DNA of 64,000 nucleotides. Source: Balanoglossus misakiensis (lineage: Eukaryota > Animalia > Hemichordata). Position 1 is the stretch's first letter. Each line of letters begins with the position of its first letter. The DNA lies in contig CM082591.2 of assembly GCA_040954595.2 (NCBI GenBank), forward strand, positions 10,991,309 through 11,055,308, written 5' to 3'. The position numbers and the translations under genes are program-made. Below are positions 28,587 to 40,218 of the stretch, piece by piece. Below the pieces are notes generated by a model. That model had not been told where the DNA came from. It saw only the letters and a program-made list of their open reading frames with translations, and searched no databases.

Positions 28587-29009
28587 TCATGGCATGAACC
28601 GGAGACATCTGTTGGTTAAAAAAAAATAAAGTTACGAATATTGATGCATCTAGAACAGCTGTACAGCTGCATACATTAACATGTTGATCCAACTAATTTA
28701 TTCATCGGGAACGTAATGGAAATCAAATTCCATGCAGGAAGTTTCTCTTTAAGCTGAAAACCCGATTTCTACTGTACATTTAGATTGTTTTTTCACTATC
28801 TCATTGATTTTGTATTTTAGATAAAATGTGTGCCCAGCAAACCAAGTTAAAAATCAAAGGAAAGTGTTCTCATGGAGTCCAGGTGTCATACTCCGAGAAG
28901 CCCAGTGGCAAGAGACAAATGCTCGTTTCGACATTCTTTTTATGCCCATCATATTGCCCGGAAAGAAAACCTAATATAGACTAATTCCAGTTCACTTAAA
29001 CTGACCACA

Positions 29010-29040
<31 letters not shown>

Positions 29041-31371
29041 GGGTGCATGGATGCGACACATTTTGTGCAATATCTGATACACGGTTTTTGTCTAAGCCTG
29101 AAATATATACTCAAAAAGGAGTCTGTAAGTAGTATGTAAACTCTCTACTTACTCAGCATGCTTTGACGATATCGCTCTCTCTCCGAACTCCCTCGCGTTA
29201 ACCTCCATTATTGTAATAGTTTGTTGGAGCTCTTGGCATTTATTGTCCTCCAACGGCTCCGCCAAGTATTCAACTTCCTGTTATAAAACAATAATGACAA
29301 TATGTGAGTGATACTCAATCTTGCATAACAAAAAGTGTTAATGATCTACCACTAACATGCTCCTTGCATTTAAATTATATTCCCTTTCACTATCATCTCT
29401 TTTGTAGTATTCCATGTTCAGTCACTGGATCCTTTAAAACAAGACATGATATAAACTGAGTGTTCGTTTTGTTTTTATTGCAAGTTAATAACAAAGGTAT
29501 ATAATTGCCAGGTAAAATAACAACAAGAAGTTCCAAAAAAACTCACATTCAGTGCATCCTGCGTAAGCGTCGCAGCTAGCATGAGGCACCCCTCCGCTAT
29601 GTGGTGGGGCTGGTATTGCTGCCGTACATTCATTGACAGCAAGGTTATGTCTGCCAGATACTACAACGAAATGAAAAATTAATCAAGTCATGTATACAGA
29701 CAATTATGCCAACCTACTAACATCTAAGACCGAAAATAAGATTAAAAAGTTTGATGTTGTTGGAAGTTACAGTTACAAAGCTCAAGTTTAGATGAATCTT
29801 ACATTAAGTGTGTATACTTTTCAAGATTGCTTGTTTTATTTTGACTAACTTTATTAATAAAGTGATGTGTCACTTTTTTATCATCTGTCACATCAGACTT
29901 AAATGTTTTCAATCCAAATGTCTTACCTGTGCCACTTCTCTTGTTGTCCGTTTTATTTTGGGATTTAATTCCCATAGACACCCAAGGAAGGTTGTAACAG
30001 GAACTGTTGTTAATTTGAAATTTAGTAATTTCATAATTAACAGTTCCATGTTACAAACCTCCCTTGGGGTAAAGGCATCCGCAGTATAGTCAGAAAATGT
30101 GGATGCTACAAAAACTGGTACTTCCAGAAGTTTGCTGTTATTGAAAGAAAGAAAATACCTTAGCATTATTTAAAAATGTGTGTATAGGGATAAACTGTGT
30201 TTACGCCATCTTGAAGATTTGCAGTGCATTATGGGTCAATTGAGTTCCGGTACGGGGGGGGGGGGGGGTAGCGTCTAAAACCTATCCAATTTTCCAGCTG
30301 TTTTGTCAGATTTTCTTCAAGTAACGTTAGTAGTAGTAGTAGTTACATGAATAAAATCTAACTAAACTGCTGGAAAATGAATATGTTGTAGACGCTACTT
30401 CCCCCCCCCCCCCGTACCGGAACTCAATTGACCCATAATGCACTGCAAATCTTCAAGATGGCGTAAACACAGTTTATCCCTATACATTATTGTAAACAAA
30501 AAAGGCGGGTATTGATTTGTCTGGTGGGGTGCTTCAACTTGGCCAATCCACCATGGGTGTATCCCCTGCCCTATTTTCACTGTTGACTTGTTGACAACCA
30601 TTTTGGTGAGATTTTTGTCTACTTACTAATGAAGATAATCACCTATGTAGACTATGTAATGCATGTAAAAAGGGTGCTGAGCTATGGCAGGTTACAAAAT
30701 AAGCTTTCTGTTGATTTCAAATCATGGATTTAGTTTGAATTTTATTTTGTTGTAGTAATTCAACTGTTTAGGTCATAGAAAAAGACCGAATGTTGATGAT
30801 TTAAGATGAAACTAACTGCCAAGGTACACAATCTTACTGTTACACAACAAAACCAAACACACACAATTAATGAAAGTAAATCACTACAGACTGATGCCTT
30901 ACCTAGCGGTAAACAGGCTTGCCGCAGCAACCAATTGCTTGAGTTCCACATGGAACGCCCGGCACCTTGTTATGAAGCTATCGAAGTACCATATAGCTGT
31001 GTGTACTGTCTCAGGATCAAAATTCAGTTCTGTTGCCACGGCATACATCCAGTCAACGCAGACTGCTCTGTTATTAAGGTCCCTGGATGTCAATTGCGGG
31101 TACATGCTGTACCACACCGGCACACGTTCCTGGTGGAAGAAACAATACCAGTTACACACCATGAATCTTTGTAAACAGTTAAATCCCTTGTAGAGAACCC
31201 CCCCCCCCAAATCACAATGGCAGTTCACAGTTCACTTCAATTCAAAGCTTGAATATTTCGAATGCAGTCCAACTCCAAAACCGTTCCGCAAGCTACTGAA
31301 GTGTAACTAACACATTGAGTGACAAAACGTAACACCTTATTCCTAGTGTTTATCAGTGGCGCAACCCACAT
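28587..31371 (-). CDS. Divergent cyclin (A/B/E-type fold; Cyclin_N plus Cyclin_C), multi-exon, ~243 aa
   Basis: Exons 31129-30903, 30134-29927, 29660-29547, 29277-29153 and 28608-28587 have canonical ag/gt sites and matching phases (0/2/0/0/2). They translate to NRAVCVDWMYAVATELNFDPETVHTAIWYFDSF...QLVAAASLFTASKLLE...YTADAFTPREVCNMELLIMKLLNFKL...YLADITLL...YQPHHIAEGCLMLA, colinear with the cyclin box. Minus-strand AATAAA at ~28493-28498. The first coding exon (31371-31336) and the terminal exon are less certain. Confidence 0.88.
30181..30486. mobile_element. ~300-bp MITE with ~95-bp TIRs in a cyclin intron
   Basis: tatagggataaactgtgtttacgccatcttgaagatttgcagtgcattatgggtcaattgagttccggtacggg...gtagcgtcta is mirrored at ~30389-30486. 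Ends are in a TA/TATA context. Confidence 0.88.
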
Positions 31372-34300
31372 TCGATAACCATTAAGCTGTGCCTGTTGAA
31401 AATCACAACAGGTGTGTTTCAACACTGATTGTTTATTAGTGTCTGGTAATTACAGACTACAAAGACGGTTTATTTCTTGTTTATTCTGTCTTGGATTTAT
31501 CATCAGGTGCGAGTAAAAAGAAAAGCTCGCACTAAAATTAGAACTGAATTAGATCTCACACATCGACGTATCTTGTGTTCTCATTTGGACCATTCCGTCT
31601 CTCTCCCCGTCGAACCTATCCCTAAGTGTACGCCGTACAATCCATGTTTACAATCGACTAGTTGACGCACTGCTCTGATACTCGATTTTATTGCACAATT
31701 GTGCAATCGAACAGACGGGAAATCCCCAACAAAGTGAATGGAAACTGATTGTGCATTCTGTTTGTCGTAATCATGATGAATAATGTAAACATTAAATGGT
31801 TGCTAAACCCCATGACTGTGGTCGAGTATAAGTAAGCTTTTTTCATAATCATTCTCACACTCTAAACTATCCGACCGTTTTCGTTTTTCGCTGAATTTAA
31901 AGGGGGAAACAAGAACACTGTACAAACACAACCGCACAAAACGTCATCATTTGAAAACCTTTCAGCCCTATTAAATCGGACTAATTGGAGCCTAATCAAT
32001 CGGGCAGGGAAATGATTAAATGATATGGGCGTGTTTAAAAAATCGGTTGGCACCGTCACAAAGAGTCTATTTGGTTAAACGTACCTTGGGGAGTAAGTCA
32101 AATAGGTCTTATATTTGGGGATAAATATGCGCTGCTCTCAAATCAATACATTAAGAAAGAAGACTTCATCGATAAAACCACTCACTTCACGGATGGGAAA
32201 ATCGTCATTCAAATATAAAATATAAAGGATATCACGACCTGACTTGAACCATATCAGTCAAACACATGCCACTGTGTTATAGTTTTGATGCAAACACCAT
32301 TTTTCAGTCGTCCGTTGAAATCGTTCTCTTAGGGGATGCCAAAAAGGAATTCCCGAATTACAGCACGAATCAAAACTATCTTTTCACGTTTTCTCCGAAT
32401 ACTTTCCTCTTAAAAGGAATCTGTGTAAATTGTCGACTTACCTCTGTTAACAGAAGATGCTGCACCACACTTTGACGATAATCTGTGTAAATTGTGAGAT
32501 AGGACCATATTTTGTTATCGAGATCTAATAAGCGAACAAAGATTGCTCAATACTCCCGCGGAGACAACCCGAAGATATTCACCCTAAAAGCACTATTTTT
32601 GATAATTTTTTTATTGATCAAGCCTAATTCCCTTATTCTTATAGAGCATTGCTTGTTTCGAGTTGAGAAATATGGTACTTTTTTCACTAACTTACTGTCA
32701 AAAAAACTACAGGAAGAATCTCTTTTGTGTGGCCGATAATCAGCTGATTAAGTGCTTCCTTCTAGTGAAGACAAAACTAATTGATTTTGAGAAACATTAC
32801 TCGCATGGTTTTGTGGATAAATTTGCGACCGTTCTCATACGAACAGAACTCAGAGACTAACAAATCACGGGCGAAACACCACAAACACACAAAAAATAGA
32901 TTCGGTAAGCCTGCTGTCTCGCCATAAGAAATTCCATGCTGTCTATTTTAGCACTTCCGATGGAAATACAAAGAAATAATATTCAGCGATAATAAAGTTC
33001 CCCATAACTTTTGCAACACTCTCTAAGCGTCATGAAAAGCATTCTATCTTGTCCGCATAAATATATCTATCTGTACACTAGTCTCACTCTTCCTATAAAC
33101 TCGTCGTAGAACGAAGAAGTTTCGACTTACCTTTGCTCAAAAAATGGTCCATCGTTGTAAATACGAAATACGAAAAAAATCAAAATATACAGGAAGGAAA
33201 CTAAGGAACTGAGGAAACTTGGCAAAATGTCGAGGGAGTGATTTTTACTGCAAGCAGCTACTGAAACAGTGACCAGTATCGCACGCTTATATACCCTGTG
33301 GTTGACAGACGCGCCGCCGAGGCTATACAAAGGTACACAAATGCAACAAAAGAATGCGGGATATACGAAAGGTGTAAATGCATCAGCCAATAATTTTAGA
33401 TCCCGATTGTTGCATCGGCTTTGTCGTTGTGTTTTTACTAAAATAAACGAAACTAAAATGCCAAAGTTCAAATCACCAAGGTGTGAAGCCAAGGTGTGTA
33501 GATATCGTCCCATTCTCTCCCCTCACGTGCCATTCAGTACAGAAAAATAGCCGTGTGAAACACATGTAATTCCTTTTTTATCGATCCACCTGGCGTCAAT
33601 TAGTCATGGACCTGTATGTCATATAGTCGTGAAACAGTAGTATAGCAAAGGGGCCAAAGTGGTCAGTCAGAATGGGAGAAAAAGATGACAGCCTTTGCCT
33701 TCAAATCTATAATGGGACAGAATTCGCCAAGCGACTAGATGGGCTCCTATACTCAATGTAGTTAAGAAAGGTGATCGGCCGGCATGCGTAACCAAACGGG
33801 GCAGTGCTCGTTCGTCTTCAGTCCTAGTTCTCTAAAAGCGTATAGATTTCGAACAATTTATGGGTACTTCTAACTTTCAACATATTTTTATAATTGTTTT
33901 CTTCACTTTGATGGTTTTAAACCAAAATGAGCACTCGTGTTTAAACTTGGAAAGACTTATTTGGTCTTTAACACTGTGTGATTCTGAAGAAATGTACTGA
34001 TCGTGTGAAAACAAACAACCACCACTTCATTCTCACCGAATCTAGGCGACATCGATTCTGACGCCTTTCGTAGGTGTGAAGCATATAACCATGAGAGATT
34101 TTCTTTTATCTATGATTCATCAGATTTTTTTTTACATCCCACGCGTAACCTTCTATTAAAATGGTTAACATTCCACCAGTAAACTTGGCTTTACGGGGAT
34201 TCATAGTGATGACAGCAGGTTTCAATGTCGCTCTATAAAACACATTCATTTCAACAAAATATATGCCATATCCCCAAACGTTGGTGACACTTTCTTGTTA

Positions 34301-36112
34301 GGCCTAATTCAGTAATTATGTTGCTGATCGCATCAACCATACACACGACCGCATTTACGAACAAATTAAACGCTCCGTCTTACGCGTGCCGCCTTTTGAT
34401 GAAACTGACAATTTGTTGATCAGCATATGATGCCTTCATTGTTTCCGTGTACTACCTGAGCACGAGATTAACGATTTTTGTCTTGGTGATTCACATACGA
34501 TAGGTTGTTATTTTTTTTAAACAAAGAGACAGTGCTGATGTGAGGAAGCTATATAGAGAAGGGTGTTCGATTTTTCCCCTGCAAAATAGCTTCTGGGGGA
34601 GGGCGGAGACGGATAGAACCTTGCTGTATGTACTCAAAGACTGACCAGCAAATTTTAAAGGATAAATTCGATAATATTTTCTAATTCTTTCAAAGTTAGA
34701 GTGGGGCTTGGATCAGAACGTCGGGCACCATCCCACCCTATTATTTGATCGATATTTGACTCCAACTACCCTCTTTTAGCAAATCAAAAGTTGCTCAACC
34801 GCCATAAATGTTACCAAATGAACAGTTGCTGTGTCCCAGCTTTGTAAAAAAGTATTCCGATCTCTAACGGTGTAAAAGTTGTTGTCATTAATCATTAAAC
34901 CATCAACTTTAGAGGAAGGGCATCATAGAAGACACCAATGTGCATTTTCGGTCGCTTTTCAGTGAAAAAGTGCTGTCAATATTTTGTAACTTTCAATCAT
35001 TGGAATTTTTAGTTTTGCGTGGGAAAGTAAACAAAACAACTCGCCAAAGCCGAAATAAAGTCTATGGGATTAACACTGATCTGGAGATATCAACCGAATT
35101 AAAATGTGTTAATTGCATAAACGGGAGAAAGCTGGCTGACGGGTCGTAGTAATTTACCGATTTTCCTTCCCTCAGTTATCTGTGGGGCAGGGTTGAACTT
35201 TCGATGACCTGCATAGAAACAACCTACCAAGCCACAGATAGATGCTTTCGGATGATAACTTTAGCGAAATAATTAGTTAAACGTACTTCTGTCCACATGT
35301 GCTCTAACGATTTGCTATAGGTGCCGTATTTGTGACTTGCAGAGGCCCTCGATTGATTTTCCGCCCAGAGCGGCAAGCGTACCGGGACGGATGTAACTTT
35401 CTCTGTGAAGCCAAACTCAGACGTATTTCTCTACCGATCCGAGACTAGCTGGAATGATTTTAGCTGGTTGTGCAATACCCCGTTTTAGGTATTAGGGAAA
35501 GCTAAAAAACTACGACAGGGTTTTCACTTGACTTGGGCGACCTTTGAGACGAAGGTCATGTTCAATTTGGCCGGGCGAGGTTCCTTCTGGCGGTGCTTCA
35601 TGTTACGTATCTGTCTTAGTGTGCATTGATTACAAAATTAAAAAGAAAATTGGCGATGAAAAATTGTTGTCATCGACACATCAACAGTACACATGGGTTA
35701 ATCTGTAGTTGAAATTAAAACTTAAAAGCTTGAAAGGTGTAGGCAATTTTAACGTGTGTTCAGGCACGTCTATGGTTTTGAATCGCCGAAATCACTGTTT
35801 GTGAGTGTCGCAAAGTTTAATTGTTTGATGTCCGACGCCGCACGCTTCGGTTGTGTTTATGAGCAAGTAAACACGCCCAGAAAGTCTTACCATACCCGGA
35901 TCCTAGGATTAAGTTCAATAGATACCGAACATCATAAAAGGTATTAATCCATGGATACCAATAATGGAAAAAAGGTGTTAATCAGCTGAATCGTCCTGAC
36001 ACGCGATTGGTTGTGCATGATGAACATGACGTCGGTTTGGTCACACAACCACGGCAAATAGAAAAGAAACTACGACGATTAACCAGGCGTTTCATCAACT
36101 CGAGAAGACAAC

Positions 36113-37384
36113 ATGACATACGTAACAGAAATTCACCTGACAGAGGCTACTTTAGAGAATTTGTCTAAACAGTATCCATCAAGAAAGGTAGGTACACTTT
36201 TAAATTTTAATTCTTTATCTTCGATACATATGTTTCCTATCAGAAAATTGACATCTACAGCACGCAACTGATCATGAAACTTATCGACGCCCAAACCATG
36301 GAGGTACTAGAGAGAAGGCCTTCTCTCTAGTACCTCCATGCCCAAACTAAGTTTTCTACATAACTTAAAATGATTTAGGAAAGTATCTATGCAATACATA
36401 TAATTCACGATGTCAACAGCACGGCGATTACTACTAGAGCTCACAACTTTTTTTTTTTCAATTTCAGCTTACACTGCGCCAACTAGAGAAATTTTCTTTC
36501 TCGGCGTCTATGGCTATAATGGTATCCGGGCGACTCAAAGGGGTCGCCATCAATGATAACACACCACTAATTGTGATCCCGTCCAGGAAGATTCCATATA
36601 CATGTAGTGTTGACCTGGCAGTGTTTCTTCAAGGTAATGTTTAATTTCCCTAAAATCGGCCACAGTTGAAAGCGCGCGGTTTCCCTCGGTTTACTAATAA
36701 TAGTACACACTGAATGATAGGGGAAACGCGACATAGCTGTGAACCACCCGAGTGGACGTACATAGTGGCCGTTTTTTACAGCAATTTCAACAATTTCAGC
36801 GCTGTTTCAATGTTCCCACCATGCATCGCTTCCTTTCCTCAAATATATTTCTTCCATCAACAATAGTAACATTTAAACATGTCTGGCCAGTATCAGGTCG
36901 CATTGGAGCTGGTCAACATACGGGTGATCGCGCGCTTGGAGATAAGGCGAAATGGGCGATTACCGGAAGGGCCGATACGTGCATTATTGTTGCCCTTTTA
37001 AAACCTTTGCGTGTTTGACCTGATTTTTTAATCGTTTGTGAATTATCGCTTGTGCAGAAGGATAAATTTATACGTGCGAAGCACAGAAGTTTGGCAAATG
37101 CCGTCAGCTGAGGAACGTGATTAGCGATATTCCTAAAAGTGGCCGAGAATAGGCACAGAGGTTGTGCTAGTAGCTATACATGTACAGCTTGACCCACGGC
37201 CGCTTTTTGACACACACACTCTCTCTCTCTCTCTCTCTCTGATTTTTAAGTTTCTATGTGTTTGGCTGCGTTTATAGACAAACATAACATTTCAGTATTT
37301 TTCATTACAGGTAGCACAGTCCCTCAAGTAAGACGATCGAGAGTCTCCCATTGTTTGGTTGATGAACGAGGGGATAAGCTGTAG
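36113..37384 (+). CDS. Predicted three-exon orphan gene, 104 aa, unknown function
   Basis: Exons 36113-36187 (ATG...AAG|gtaggt), 36468-36633 (poly-T ttcag|...G|gtaatg) and 37311-37384 (ttcattacag|...TAG) join in frame without stops: MTYVTEIHLTEATLENLSKQYPSRKLTLRQLEKFSFSASMAIMVSGRLKGVAINDNTPLIVIPSRKIPYTCSVDLAVFLQGSTVPQVRRSRVSHCLVDERGDKL. No recognised homology. Confidence 0.5.
36297..36340. mobile_element. 44-bp perfect palindromic mini-insertion with 7-bp direct flanking repeat
   Basis: catggaggtactagagagaaggccttctctctagtacctccatg is flanked by cccaaac on both sides. Confidence 0.8.
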
Positions 37385-38269
37385 GATGCGGGTTTCGGTC
37401 ACGTGACTATCTGACAGTAGCGTTTTTCCCTTGGAAGCAAGCGGCAGTCGCTCTACTATGATGATTTTCCCGATATTTTAGTTATGTTTCAAGTATTCAT
37501 TCGACATTTTTAAAGACAATTTTCAACTGTGGATTGTGAGCATACACATTTTGCGGGCGTTTCTGGGATCGCTTTAATTTTACCTCTTTTTCGGTGTGTT
37601 TTTCTCGATAACTTTTTCCAATATATAAGGTGTCAGATAGCTATATCAAAAATTAACTTTTTATTATACTTGTGCAGAAATCGGTCATTTGCATCGTTGT
37701 TTAATTTCACCCTGACACAAATGGAGGCCTAATGAATGTAAATAACGTTGCTTCAAAATGAAATTTGCGATTTTTCATTCCCTTGCATTGGTTTTGGTGA
37801 TTTTAAGTGTTCATACTTCTTCAAGTTTGTCGTGTTTTTACCCTTCAAAAATGTTTTTTTTTTTCAAATTCGATAGCCACTGTCAATCTTCTAGTTGAAT
37901 AAAACCTTATAATCATGTTAAAGTAAAGAAAAGTCTTAAGTTATTCTGTGTACGTTAGGTGTACAACCGCAGTTTTACTTGGCGATATGGATGTTCGCTA
38001 GATTTTTACTGATACATGAACCAGTAGACATTACTGTAGGGTGTGGGCATCTCAGTTACACTAGTCGGTATTTATAACTTGCTGTTCCGCCGAAAAACAC
38101 TTGAAATTAAAGGATGTTTACACGTTGCTGCTTCCTCATTTGGTCGCCATGTAGGTCGTATGGCCTGGTCTTGGTGGACGGTAACCGAAACCAGAAACCC
38201 AGCCCCGAATTCGAAACTCAACTAAAGTACCAGAAACTCGCCCAAAGCATGCAAATACACGAAAAGTCT

Positions 38270-39130
38270 AGTAAAACCTGGCAAAACCGACCCCTGTGTA
38301 AACCGACTTCCTGTGAAAATCGACCGATCTGTTTAATCCCGAAAATTTCCCATTGACGCCCATGGTAAAAGTCACTCTGAATACCGACCACTGTCTACTT
38401 CGAACACCGACCGCGTTGGTCGGTCCCACCCCTCAAAATCATCCTGAATAGTCCGACCGATCACTTTATTGTAAAGGTTGAAATCCTGTCTTTGATCAAA
38501 AATTACCGCAACGATGTGCTAATTTTGGTTTTCCTGTCTTCCGAACAATAGTCAAAGCGACGGTAACACTTCGTTAGCAATTTACTGATAAGCCTTCCTG
38601 GTGGCGAGGTGTGAATCTCTTTTTGTAAACAATACAGTGTACAACCAACAGTGCGGCCACGCAGTGTTGACAAGGGCGGCGATTTATCAAACAGTACTGC
38701 AGAAGCGATGTTTCCTAAACAATCATCTCTCGACAGTTTTATGAAGAAAAAAAGACTGGATGTTGTTTTCTACAACTTATCAGTAGTTTTCAGGAAATCG
38801 AATGCCCCAGATTCTGCCGATGCGATTTTAATAATACGATGTACGTCTTTCTGTTTACCAACTCAGCCCGCGAACGAACTTGAATTTACTTTTTTTTATT
38901 TTCAACAATTTTCAGAAATTACACTATACAGAAGTTTTTAATTACCTTTTATTTGAAATATACATGAAATACGAATGTACAACGTGTATCTCGTGCGTGT
39001 GTCTGCTGTGCACTGTGTGTATGAGATCGGGGTCAAAGGGTTCATGGGGGGGGGGGGGGGCACGCCCACTCTGAGTAAACCGACCAGAATGTGTGGTCCG
39101 AGGTGAGGTCGGTTTTGCCAGTTTTGGGAA
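38270..39130. mobile_element. Degenerate non-autonomous TIR element (~860 bp)
   Basis: ctggcaaaaccgacc (38278-38292) is inverted at 39107-39121, with repeated internal accgacc motifs. Extreme termini are eroded and there is no clear TSD. Confidence 0.5.
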
Positions 39131-39496
39131 TATTGATAAAGACAAAAAAATCATAGCCGAATGAGTATACCCCGGTATATACAATGCCGGAAATGCACGT
39201 TGAGAGGAGACAGAATGTCGCTAGATCGTCTTAGACCTGGTTTGTTTGCATTTCCCAGGCCCAATTTTAACACCTTCTTGTGCTCTGTAGATACTGGCCT
39301 TGCACCCTGCCGGCCTTGATACTTCGCTTCAGTTTCGTTTAATTAATTTCCGCACTGTAACATGATCGTCACCATGCAGACACCCCCCCTCCCATTGAAC
39401 GGGATCAGTAACTGATCACTAAATGGCTTGCTTAGTCGTGTGTTAATTTTTGTTGAAATGTACATGACACATAAAAGAACAACAGTGATGTTAACC

Positions 39497-39574
39497 CTGT
39501 GTACAGTTCTGTGTGTTCCCGGCGTTAAACGGTGGGGGCCGTGTAACGCCGGGAACACACAGACCTGTACGCAG
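39497..39574. other. 78-nt near-perfect hairpin (~37-bp stem, 4-nt loop)
   Basis: ctgtgtacagttctgtgtgttcccggcgttaaacggt-gggg-gccgtgtaacgccgggaacacacagacctgtacgcag; two mismatches and two G-U pairs. Confidence 0.8.
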
Positions 39575-40218
39575 AGCTATACACAGGGCTACTACAGTGA
39601 TGTCAACTCCATGCACGTTGATTTGGTGTTGATAAACAAATGAGGCTTTGACGCTTACGTACAAGAAAATTTCTGAGTGTCCCATTTCCACGCCCGTTTG
39701 GCCCAGAATTCATTATTGGTTTACGGCCCATCAGTAATGGGCGATGAAATGCGTGTAACGTTGCTTTTTGTTATGGTTTATTATGTGTTTTTTAGTATTG
39801 AACACATTTAAGGGCCGTAGATAATTCAAACACGCGCATGATTAACGCAATTTATTCGTTAGGGCGAAGGATGTTTAACCGTATTTTTACACGGTTACCG
39901 CTAAAGATTCACACCTTCTAATTCTTGTACTCAATAGATACCGGCCTTGTATTCTCTTCCAAGCGTTCGCTGAGCATTGAGAAGAAAAAAAATGTACCGA
40001 GTGATGGGACAACGGAGTTGAAGTGTATTTCACAGTTTCGGAACGTGGAAACAAACTCGCCAAATATTATTACCGACTCGCGTTTTCACAAATTCCTCAT
40101 ACGCTGTTTCTTTTTTAAACGCATTTAACTAAGGACCCAACTGAGGATCAGGTACATTTTATTATGTGTTAGTTTTGTTACATAGATACATGCAAGTTAA
40201 TCGTCAAACGTAATAAAC

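Noticed and set aside
33127-33550. 128-aa hydrophobic minus-strand ORF ending at a gtaagt donor, and an overlapping plus-strand ORF
   Set aside because: No recognisable motif, and I could not link it to further in-frame exons.
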